The position numbers and the translations under genes are program-made. Positions 1 through 8,051 of a stretch of 17,741 nucleotides of DNA are shown here, one piece after another (the first letter of the stretch is position 1; every line of letters starts with the position of its first letter). The notes beneath the pieces are model-generated. The model did not search any database. It was not told where the DNA came from and saw only the letters and a program-made list of their open reading frames with translations. The stretch is from Bacteroidia bacterium (lineage in GTDB: Bacteria; Bacteroidota; Bacteroidia; Bacteroidales; VadinHA17): assembly GCA_026391215.1 (NCBI GenBank), contig JAPLDX010000117.1, positions 1 through 17,741 of the forward strand. Direction: 5' to 3'.

Positions 1-366
1 TAAAACGCGAAATTCATTTTTGTAATAATCTATGGTAAACTCATCAACCATTTCCTTGTTCAGGAAAATTATTGTGGATGAATTTACCCAGAGTACTATT
101 TCATCAGCATATAAATCGTATTTGAAGGTCTTGTCCCGGAATACTTTCCCGTTAAAAGTAATGTCGCCCTTCAGGAAATCGCCTGACATAAAATACGCAT
201 GGCCTTTTACACCCAGGTAAGGATTTCTCCATATTTTTCCGTTCATAATGAGATAATCTTCACGGGAAATATCCTGAACGGGTTTTGAGGAGAATAGCGG
301 ATTAAGGCTGCCTATGATCAAAAAAAGAATAGGGAAAAACGTTTTAATTATGCCGGACTTTCTCAT
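1..366 (-). CDS. Hypothetical exported protein, 5' part only (runs off the window edge)
   Basis: Not in the ORF track. Manual translation from the ATG at 366 gives 122 codons with no stop: MRKSGIIKTFFPILFLIIGSLNPLFSSKPVQ...GVKGHAYFMSGDFLKGDITFNG...FKYDLYADEIVL...FRVL. The N-terminus is signal-peptide-like (basic residues then a hydrophobic stretch). The GHxYF and YDxYxD patterns recall Bacteroidota hypothetical proteins. Confidence 0.8.
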   Translation of the reverse strand, partial: MRKSGIIKTFFPILFLIIGSLNPLFSSKPVQDISREDYLIMNGKIWRNPYLGVKGHAYFMSGDFLKGDITFNGKVFRDKTFKYDLYADEIVLWVNSSTIIFLNKEMVDEFTIDYYKNEFRVL

Positions 367-549
367 TATTTATTGCTTAAACACATTTATCAGTAGCACC
401 AGGAAAGTGCACCTTCTAAAAAATATGACCGTGAAATTAGAAAATTTCCGGAATGAAATTCATTTCAGGTCGGGAAATTAGCTTTTTTTAACTAATAAAA
501 AAGATATTTAATTCACTCCTGATGAGGAGGCAAGACAAAAAATCCGGAT

Positions 550-1587
550 TCATTGCTGCTGTTCATTAAGGATATCTGTTTTCAACATCCGGTTTTCAAG
601 TATCCTTACATATTCCAGGGCAGGCCTTATTCTATAATATTCCCATGCTTTCTGAGCCCACTGCAGGGAAGTATTAAGATCGCCGTTTATCTCGTTGATA
701 ATGGCCATATTATATGTTGCTCTTCCCGCTACTTTTCTTTTAGGATTTGTCGTTTCCTGTGCCCACAGCTCTCCTGCTTCATTCCATTTGCCTACCTGGG
801 CTTTCCGTCTTGCAATCTTGAAGTTATTGGTCCCCTTTACAAAATAATCGCGCATTACGCGAAGCTGGTAAGGTATAAGTCTGAAGGCATAGCCATGACC
901 AGCCTTGTTGCTCACTTCTTTTACTGCATCCTTTCTTCCAATAAGTCCTGCGACTGCTACCAGCGGTGTAACTCCGGTTCCTGAATAAACGACAGATTCA
1001 TGGTGGTTATATTCATCTGCGATAATCCGTCTTGCAGGATCATATATCCTCCATCCGGTTTTAACTATAGTCTCCATATCAGCCTTGTGTACAATACCGG
1101 GTATCTTTATACCAAGTACCTCCTTGGAACCTTCATCGTATGTGGAGTATCTGAGTTTTGTGTCAGTGTCGTAAAATTCCAGTGCAAAAAGAGCATCAGA
1201 ACCTGTCTCCCTGCATACTTTATCCACGATATCCCAGGAAAGAGGAACAGGGAAGATACCCATCAGGCTGGGAGTTCTGAAATCAATGTCAGTCAGGGTT
1301 TTGATCTCATCAAACCTTTTATTATTTAATAACTCGGTTGAAAGCCCCTGGATTGCCTGTTCTGCTCCGTCCTTGTCAAGGTCTATTCCTTCGAGGCTCA
1401 AAGCTTTATCAATCACATCAAAGATTTTAGTTTCGTCAGTAGGCACGCTGCGGTTTATAACCCCTACCTTCTTAATTTCCCGGGAAAGTGTCACCGGTGC
1501 CGGTTCAAGAACGCTCAGATATAACTGTTGCATTTTGCACGACACCAGAACACTGGATATCAATAATATGAATAGCGCTTTTTTCAT
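550..1587 (-). CDS. Lipoprotein with C-terminal TPR-like helices (DUF6340-like)
   Basis: 345-aa ORF with lipobox LVS-C17. The C-terminal segment GKWNEAGELW...AGRATYNMAIINEINGDLNTSLQWAQKA is TPR-like. Family assigned from recalled resemblance. Confidence 0.75.
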   Translation of the reverse strand: MKKALFILLISSVLVSCKMQQLYLSVLEPAPVTLSREIKKVGVINRSVPTDETKIFDVIDKALSLEGIDLDKDGAEQAIQGLSTELLNNKRFDEIKTLTDIDFRTPSLMGIFPVPLSWDIVDKVCRETGSDALFALEFYDTDTKLRYSTYDEGSKEVLGIKIPGIVHKADMETIVKTGWRIYDPARRIIADEYNHHESVVYSGTGVTPLVAVAGLIGRKDAVKEVSNKAGHGYAFRLIPYQLRVMRDYFVKGTNNFKIARRKAQVGKWNEAGELWAQETTNPKRKVAGRATYNMAIINEINGDLNTSLQWAQKAWEYYRIRPALEYVRILENRMLKTDILNEQQQ

Positions 1588-1658
1588 GATCTTAAGTATT
1601 TGGAAGTATCGGTGGTGTGCTTAATTTTTTAACGCCGGGTACGAATTGTCCGGATCAT

Positions 1659-1666
1659 CAAATTTA
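1659..1666 (-). promoter_or_regulatory. Bacteroidota housekeeping promoter -7 box (TAAATTTG) for the DUF6340-like gene
   Basis: Plus-strand CAAATTTA reads TAAATTTG on the minus strand, an exact TAnnTTTG match about 70 nt upstream of the ATG at 1587 in a divergent intergenic region. Confidence 0.55.
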
Positions 1667-1708
1667 AAAGTTTTCAGCATACTATACTGATAAAAGTTGT
1701 CATTTTAT

Positions 1709-1716
1709 TATCTTTA
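1709..1716 (+). promoter_or_regulatory. Possible -7 box variant (TATCTTTA) for the operon starting at 1738
   Basis: One mismatch to TAnnTTTG, ending 21 nt before the ATG in the divergent intergenic region. Confidence 0.35.
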
Positions 1717-1737
1717 GTGGCTTGTAAATAAAAAATC

Positions 1738-3408
1738 ATGAAAAACCCATCTGCCATTATTACAACAACTTTGATAATCTCATTGTTCTGTTCCTGCGCT
1801 TCAAAGCAGGAAATAATGGAAAAAAGGATGAAGAAATTCATCTCATACTATGAAGCCAAAGCAATTCCTCTTTCCCTGGAAGCAGCACTGACCTCCTGGA
1901 ACGCAAACATCTCGGGAACAGATGCCGACTGGGCATTAAGCGAAAAAACCTCTTTTGAGCTGGCAAAGTTCTATACTGATGCCAAAGCTTTCTCGGAATT
2001 AAAGACTCTTAAGGAATCAGGTGCAATACAGGATCCATTGCTGGCTCGCCAGCTTGTCCTTCTTTATGACGCTTACCTTGCCGGGCAGGTCGACACAGCC
2101 CTTATTGCGGAGCGGCTTAAAATGGAGACCGAAATCAATAAGAAATATTCAAATTTCAGGGCAAATATCAATGGAAAAGAGCTGTCTGACAACCAGATAG
2201 AGGATATTTTAAGAAGCTCGGTGGTAAGCAGCGAACTTCAGTCTGCCTGGGAAGGAAGTAAACTGATAGGTCCTTTTGTAGCAGAAGATATAATAAAACT
2301 CGTGAAGCAACGTAACCTGATTGCCACGAAGCTGGGCTTCAGCAATTTCCACGAGATGAGCCTGAAGCTTTCAGGACAGGATCCCGGGGAAGTCACAGCA
2401 ATATTTGACGAACTGGATAACCTTACCAGGGATAATTTTACTCAGCTTAAAGGCGATATTGATAATTATTATGCAAAACGTTATAAGATAAAGGTATCTG
2501 AACTTCGTCCATGGCATTACCAGAACAGGTATTTCCAGGAAGTCCCTCAGATCTACCCTGTTGAGTTTGATAAATATTATGAGAAACAGGATCCCGTAAA
2601 GCTGGCTTCAACCTTTTTTGACGGGATCGGGCTCAATGTTGATGCCATACTGGCAAAGAGCGATCTCTATGAAAAACCCGGGAAGAATCAGCATGCCTTC
2701 TCAACGGATATTGACCGTGCCGGTGATGTCCGCACTCTTGATAATGTGCGTCCGGACTCATACTGGATGAATACAATGCTTCATGAGCTGGGACATGGAG
2801 TCTATTCATATTATAATGACATGTCGTTGCCGTACACATTGAGGGATGCTGCTCATTCCTTTACTACCGAAGCAATAGCTAACTTTTTCGGAAGACTGGC
2901 TAAAGATCCGGGCTGGATGGAAGGAATGGGTATTATCGATCAGAAGGAAAGCGAAAAGATCTCGGAAAACTGCAGCAAGTCATTTCGCCTGGAGATGCTT
3001 GTCTTCAGCCGCTGGGCTCAGGTAATGTACCGTTTTGAAAAATCAATGTACGAGGATCCTGATCAGGACCTTAACATACTGTGGTGGAAAATGGTAGAGA
3101 AGTACCAGATGCTTGCGAAGCCTGAAGGAAGGGATATGCCTGACTGGGCAACGAAGATCCATATTGCTCTTTATCCCTGCTATTATCACAACTACCTGCT
3201 TGGTGAACTCCTTGCCTCTCAGTTTTACGGATATATCACGACAAATATCACGAAAGCTCCGTCATTTGTCGGTGAGAAAAATGTCGGAACATATCTTAAG
3301 GAGAAGGTATTTCTCCCCGGAGACAGGTACTACTGGAACGATATGATAGAGAAAGCAACAGGAGAAAAGCTGACTGCAAAGTACTATGCAAAACAATTTG
3401 TTCAATAG
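1738..3408 (+). CDS. Zinc metallopeptidase, gluzincin (M2/M3-like), probable lipoprotein
   Basis: 556 aa. HELGH at 2782-2796, with a third-ligand Glu after a 24-residue spacer (FTTEAIA). Also DLYEKPGKNQHAF and KIHIALYPCYYHNYLLG, typical of ACE/M3-type folds. The N-terminal hydrophobic stretch ends in FCSC. Confidence 0.88.
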   Translation: MKNPSAIITTTLIISLFCSCASKQEIMEKRMKKFISYYEAKAIPLSLEAALTSWNANISGTDADWALSEKTSFELAKFYTDAKAFSELKTLKESGAIQDPLLARQLVLLYDAYLAGQVDTALIAERLKMETEINKKYSNFRANINGKELSDNQIEDILRSSVVSSELQSAWEGSKLIGPFVAEDIIKLVKQRNLIATKLGFSNFHEMSLKLSGQDPGEVTAIFDELDNLTRDNFTQLKGDIDNYYAKRYKIKVSELRPWHYQNRYFQEVPQIYPVEFDKYYEKQDPVKLASTFFDGIGLNVDAILAKSDLYEKPGKNQHAFSTDIDRAGDVRTLDNVRPDSYWMNTMLHELGHGVYSYYNDMSLPYTLRDAAHSFTTEAIANFFGRLAKDPGWMEGMGIIDQKESEKISENCSKSFRLEMLVFSRWAQVMYRFEKSMYEDPDQDLNILWWKMVEKYQMLAKPEGRDMPDWATKIHIALYPCYYHNYLLGELLASQFYGYITTNITKAPSFVGEKNVGTYLKEKVFLPGDRYYWNDMIEKATGEKLTAKYYAKQFVQ

Positions 3409-3440
3409 AATTATATTAACTAACCAAAACTTGAAATTAA

Positions 3441-4943
3441 ATGGCAATTAAAGGAAAAATTAACCGTCGTGAATTCCTGGGATCTGCTGCTGCGGCATCG
3501 CTTGCATTAACAGTCGTCCCGAGGAATGTGCTGGGAGGTCCTGGTTTTATTGCGCCAAGCGATAAAATAACTCTTGGCTATATTGGCTGCGGAACCCAGG
3601 GACTAAGGGAGATGGCTTCATTGATCACAAATCCCGCTCTGCAGATCGTTGCTGTATGCGATCCAAACAAGTTTACTACCGATTATGTGGACTGGTCACC
3701 AAACGAGATCCGCTATCTGGTCAGGAAAGCAATTGGGGATAATTCATGGGGAGAGAATTTTACAGGTATTCCGGGAGGAAGGGATGTTGGACAGGAATTA
3801 GTCCAGAAATATTATGGAAAGTCAAAAGATTCAGGCACCTACAAAGGTTGCTCCTCTTACTCTGATTTCCGTGAGCTGCTTGAAAAAGAGCAGGGTCTTG
3901 ATGCTATCAAGATAATGACACCAGATCATCTTCATGGCACGGTTGCTATAGCATCATTGAAGAAAGGAAAGCATGTTGTAACGCACAAACCTATTGCTAA
4001 CCGGATATCTGAATGGAAAAAGGTTTACGATGTGACCAAATCGACTGGTTTGAGCACACATCTGCTGGCATGGAGCCCTAAACCGGATTACGATGTTATA
4101 AAGAAATGGATCCAGGAGGGGCGTATAGGCACCTTAAAAGAGATACATAACTGGTCAAACCGGCCGGTATGGCCGCAATGGCAGTCAAATCCGACTGATA
4201 CACCTCCTGTACCAAAGGATATGGACTGGAGTCTCTGGCTCGGACCGGTTCCTGACAGGCCGTATCATCCGAATTATACGCATGCCGTTTTCCGCGGATG
4301 GTATGATTTTGGAGGCGGCAGCATTGCTGATATGGGACATTACAGTCTCTTCCCCCTGTTCCTTACATTCGGAATTGATAAACCGGCTGTCAGTGCAGAG
4401 GCCTATGGCACTACTACCTGCACGCTAAGAAACAATGTTGCAACGGGTGTTGTCAATGACGTGGCATTTCCATTATCCTGCATAGTCCGTTTCAAAATGC
4501 CTGCACAGAAAGAGTTTGGACCATTTGATCTTTACTGGTATGACGGCGGAATGAAACCGATCGCTCCGGATGAACTTGAGGGAAAAGCTCTGACGGCAGA
4601 AGGAATGATGTTTGTCGGCGACAAGGGAAAAATACTTGCAGAATTCCGTGGTGAAAATCCGAGACTTATACCGGAAAGCCGTATGAAAGAGATCACTCTT
4701 GAAAAGGTAAAAGAAGAAAGGGTTGACAGCAATGAGGTATGGATCAATGCTTTCAAGGAGAAGACTCAATCGCCGGGCAGCTTCCTTTATGCAGGACCGG
4801 TAACGGAAACGATCCTTCTTGGAGCTGTTGCACTCAGAGCCAGAAAGAGAGTTGAGTACGATAGCGAAAATATGAAAATTACAAATATCCCCGATGCAAA
4901 TAAGTTCCTCACAAGAGAGTACAGACCGGGGTGGGAATTGTAG
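3441..4943 (+). CDS. Gfo/Idh/MocA family NAD(P)-dependent oxidoreductase, Tat-exported
   Basis: 500 aa. Twin-arginine signal NRREFLG, Rossmann motif GYIGCGTQG, TPDHLH, THKP at the usual EKP position, DWSLWLGP and GGGSIADMGHY. Confidence 0.92.
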   Translation: MAIKGKINRREFLGSAAAASLALTVVPRNVLGGPGFIAPSDKITLGYIGCGTQGLREMASLITNPALQIVAVCDPNKFTTDYVDWSPNEIRYLVRKAIGDNSWGENFTGIPGGRDVGQELVQKYYGKSKDSGTYKGCSSYSDFRELLEKEQGLDAIKIMTPDHLHGTVAIASLKKGKHVVTHKPIANRISEWKKVYDVTKSTGLSTHLLAWSPKPDYDVIKKWIQEGRIGTLKEIHNWSNRPVWPQWQSNPTDTPPVPKDMDWSLWLGPVPDRPYHPNYTHAVFRGWYDFGGGSIADMGHYSLFPLFLTFGIDKPAVSAEAYGTTTCTLRNNVATGVVNDVAFPLSCIVRFKMPAQKEFGPFDLYWYDGGMKPIAPDELEGKALTAEGMMFVGDKGKILAEFRGENPRLIPESRMKEITLEKVKEERVDSNEVWINAFKEKTQSPGSFLYAGPVTETILLGAVALRARKRVEYDSENMKITNIPDANKFLTREYRPGWEL

Positions 4944-4963
4944 GATATTAAAAACATGAATTT

Positions 4964-5833
4964 ATGACTAAAATAACTCGAAGGAATTTCATAGAAAAAT
5001 CAATGGTAATGGGTGCAGCAGGTATCGCTGCACCCTCACTTGTTAAAGCTGCAGCTATGGCACCAACCACAAGGCTGATTAAGGATGATATTTCATTAGC
5101 CCAATGGGCTCTTGTTGAAGAGATCCAAAAAGGTAAATGGAAAACACTTGATTTCCCAAAGGTTGCCAGGAATGACTTTGGACTCAATGGCATTGAATTC
5201 GTAAATACGTTGTTTGAGGTTCCGACGGAAGGATACCTGCAGCAATTGAGAAAAAATGCTTCAGATAACGGCGTGTCCATGGTATTGATAATGGTTGATG
5301 ATGAAGGTGATGGCTGCTCATCAACAAAGGAAGGACGGCGTCAGTTTGAGATTAACCATCGGAAATGGATTGATACAGCAGCGTATCTTGGATGTCATGC
5401 TATAAGAACTAACTGCAGAGGAGAAAAGGGAGTATCAAAAGAGGAAGCTCTTAAATATGCCACTGAAACTTATCAGATGATGATGGAATATGCTGTCCCT
5501 GCGAAGATCAGTGTGCTTATCGAAAACCATGGAGGGGTTTCAAATGATGCCGACTGGATGGTTTCTCTGATGAAGGAAGTTAACAATCTTTACTTTGGAA
5601 GTTATCCCGACTGGCGTGAACCTTCCAACAATTTCGATAATGTTGATTACCTGCTTAAGATGCTTCCGTATGCCGGCGGTATGTCATACAGGAACCAGCC
5701 GACGGAAGAGCTGACTGCCAAAATGATAAAAATGGCAAAGGACTCAGGTTACCGTGGCTGGTACGGAATTGAATCCTCCGGTAGGGATGAGATCAAAAAA
5801 GGAATTGAATTATTGAAAAAATATCTTTTCTGA
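4964..5833 (+). CDS. Xylose isomerase-like TIM-barrel protein (sugar phosphate isomerase/epimerase family), Tat-exported
   Basis: 289 aa. Tat motif TRRNFI, plus ISLAQW, GIEFV, AAYLGCHAIR, IENHGG and GYRGWYGIE. Confidence 0.85.
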   Translation: MTKITRRNFIEKSMVMGAAGIAAPSLVKAAAMAPTTRLIKDDISLAQWALVEEIQKGKWKTLDFPKVARNDFGLNGIEFVNTLFEVPTEGYLQQLRKNASDNGVSMVLIMVDDEGDGCSSTKEGRRQFEINHRKWIDTAAYLGCHAIRTNCRGEKGVSKEEALKYATETYQMMMEYAVPAKISVLIENHGGVSNDADWMVSLMKEVNNLYFGSYPDWREPSNNFDNVDYLLKMLPYAGGMSYRNQPTEELTAKMIKMAKDSGYRGWYGIESSGRDEIKKGIELLKKYLF

Positions 5834-5847
5834 TAAACAAAAATGTG

Positions 5848-7887
5848 ATGAAGAAAATCTTATTCCTTATCATTATTGCATCATTAACTGCCTGCACCGC
5901 AAATGATAAAAAGCACACCTCAACAAGCCTGGCACAATATATCGATGACACTGTAATAAGTGCGGCAATTGAAGGTGTTAAAGCCTCTCAGGCGAACACA
6001 GACCAGGCGCTTCTTGAGAAAGGTGTAAAACATGCAGCATCCCTCTGGAGGGCAGAGGACGGAATACCCTCTGAATTTACAGAATTCGTAAAAGCCAATT
6101 ACATCTCCGATACGGAAAAACGGAAAGTTGTCTTTCAGAAGATAAGCGGGTACCTGGAATCAATGAGCGGAAATTTCAACGAGATAACATTAGATCTCAA
6201 AAAAATCCTGGATGAAACCGGCATTGAAATTGATGAGATTGACCGTATGTTTGGAAATTACTCGGTATCTTCTCATTTATCGGACGACCTTTATGCAAAT
6301 AAAATAGCGTTTGTAATAGCCCTGAATTACCCCTATTTCACGCTTGCGGAAAAAGAGAAACTGGGACCAAACTGGAGCCGTGACCAATGGGCAATGGCAA
6401 GACTCGGAGATTTTTTTGTATCTCGTGTACCTGCAGAGCTCAACCAGGCTCTGAATGAAGCATTAGGCAACGGTGACATGTATATTGCTGAATATAACGT
6501 ATATATGGGACACTTGCGTACAGATGACGGTCGTCAGATATTCCCGGATGATATGGTGCTCCTCTCCCACTGGAATCTTCGTGATGAGCTGAAAGCTGAC
6601 TATGCTGACAAGGAGAATGGGATCAAGAAGCAGGAAATGATCGTTAAGGTCATGGAACACATTATAGCCCAGGATATTCCAAAGGACGTTATTAACAGCC
6701 CTGATTATGAATGGGCACCTTACACCAATAAAGTCACAAAAGCCGGAACTCCTGTAAATGTTTCACCTGAACCTGATACACGCTACCAGCTTATACTGAA
6801 TTCTTTCAGGGCGATGAAAGACATTGATGTGTATAATCCGGAGATGAACACTGCAATAATGCGCAAGTTTTCATGGGAAATGGAGATAGCTCAGGAAGAG
6901 ATTGAAGAGCTTTTCGATACTTATCTCAGGTCACCTCAGCTTATGAAGGTTGCAGCCTTGATAAAGGAAAGGCTTGGCCGCGACCTTAAACCCTATGATA
7001 TCTGGTACGATGGGTTCAAATCACGCAGCAGCATTCCTGAAGATCTTCTTGCATCAAAAACATCCATACTGTATCCGGATCCTTCTGCCTTCAGGGCAGA
7101 TATGCCCAACATGCTGAGGAAACTGGGATGGAGTGGCGAAAGAGCTCAGTACCTTGCTGATAAGATAGTAGTAGATCCTGCCCGCGGATCCGGGCATGCC
7201 TGGGGAGCAGGTATGAAAGGATCAGTATCACACCTTCGGACACGTATTTCAGAAAAAGGCATGGACTACAAGGGTTATAACATTGCTGTTCATGAATTCG
7301 GACATAATGTTGAGCAGACAATCTCACTTTACGATGTTGACAATTATATGATGTCGGGAGTGCCTAACACGGCATTCACAGAGGCAATAGCATATGTTTT
7401 CCAGGATCGTGATCTGATGCTGCTTGGGATGAAGGATGATAATCCTGATAAAGAGAAGATGGAAACTTTGGATGCATCATGGGCCCTTATGGAAATCATG
7501 GGTGTTGGGATGGTTGAAATGTTGAACTGGAAATGGCTGTATGAAAATCCCGGAGCCACAGCTTCCCAGTTTAAGGAAGCAGTGATAAAAAATGCACTTG
7601 ACACCTGGAACAAGTATTTTGCTCCCGTGATCGGAGTAAAAGACTCTCCCCTACTGGCAATATATTCACACACTGTGAATGATCCCCTTTATCTGCCAAA
7701 CTATTCGTACGGACATGTAATCCAGTTCCAGGTTGAAGAATACCTGAAAGACAAAAACCTTACTGCAGAAATTGACCGTATTCTTAAGCAGGGACGCCTG
7801 ACACCTCAACAGTGGATGATGGGGGCGGTAGGATCAAAGATATCAACTCAGCCGTTATTGAAAGCATTGGATGAAGTTTTTCCTTAA
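5848..7887 (+). CDS. Uncharacterised lipoprotein with a gluzincin zinc-peptidase motif
   Basis: About 679 aa from the ATG at 5848 (the ORF track starts at GTG 5845). Lipobox LTA-C, HEFGH at 7291-7305, Glu after a 25-residue spacer (AFTEAIA), and HTVNDPLYLPNYSYG. Confidence 0.75.
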   Translation: MKKILFLIIIASLTACTANDKKHTSTSLAQYIDDTVISAAIEGVKASQANTDQALLEKGVKHAASLWRAEDGIPSEFTEFVKANYISDTEKRKVVFQKISGYLESMSGNFNEITLDLKKILDETGIEIDEIDRMFGNYSVSSHLSDDLYANKIAFVIALNYPYFTLAEKEKLGPNWSRDQWAMARLGDFFVSRVPAELNQALNEALGNGDMYIAEYNVYMGHLRTDDGRQIFPDDMVLLSHWNLRDELKADYADKENGIKKQEMIVKVMEHIIAQDIPKDVINSPDYEWAPYTNKVTKAGTPVNVSPEPDTRYQLILNSFRAMKDIDVYNPEMNTAIMRKFSWEMEIAQEEIEELFDTYLRSPQLMKVAALIKERLGRDLKPYDIWYDGFKSRSSIPEDLLASKTSILYPDPSAFRADMPNMLRKLGWSGERAQYLADKIVVDPARGSGHAWGAGMKGSVSHLRTRISEKGMDYKGYNIAVHEFGHNVEQTISLYDVDNYMMSGVPNTAFTEAIAYVFQDRDLMLLGMKDDNPDKEKMETLDASWALMEIMGVGMVEMLNWKWLYENPGATASQFKEAVIKNALDTWNKYFAPVIGVKDSPLLAIYSHTVNDPLYLPNYSYGHVIQFQVEEYLKDKNLTAEIDRILKQGRLTPQQWMMGAVGSKISTQPLLKALDEVFP

Positions 7888-8007
7888 CGTATCAAAGGAG
7901 GCTCAGAAAAAGAGGCTGATGTAGTGCTAAAAACCCTTGAGGAGCCTGACCTTCAATGGCCGGAGCTGGTAATGGAGAAATTTAAAGCCGGAATGAAGGC
8001 GGAATGA
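7888..8007 (+). pseudogene. Possible 3' remnant of a deleted gene (resembles a HAD phosphatase C-terminus)
   Basis: 39 stop-free codons with no start codon at the 5' end: RIKGGSEKEADVVLKTLEEPDLQWPELVMEKFKAGMKAE*. The segment is purine-rich and coding-like, unlike the AT-rich spacers elsewhere in the window. Confidence 0.3.
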
Positions 8008-8051
8008 TTATCGTGCAGTCTGATCGATTAAATAAAGTGCTGTGAAAATAA

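Noticed and set aside
32-220. 62-aa plus-strand ORF
   Set aside because: It is the antisense shadow of the truncated minus-strand CDS at 1-366.
519-542. CTGATGAG...GCAA...AAAA resembling a hammerhead ribozyme core
   Set aside because: Stem II cannot pair (GGAG versus GAC), the required GAAA is absent, and no stems I or III were found.
553-1624. Three plus-strand ORFs (553-984, 1000-1329, 1286-1624) nearly tiling the antisense of the DUF6340-like gene
   Set aside because: They have Cys/Ser/Ile-rich, non-protein-like composition and no motifs, as expected for shadow ORFs opposite a real gene.
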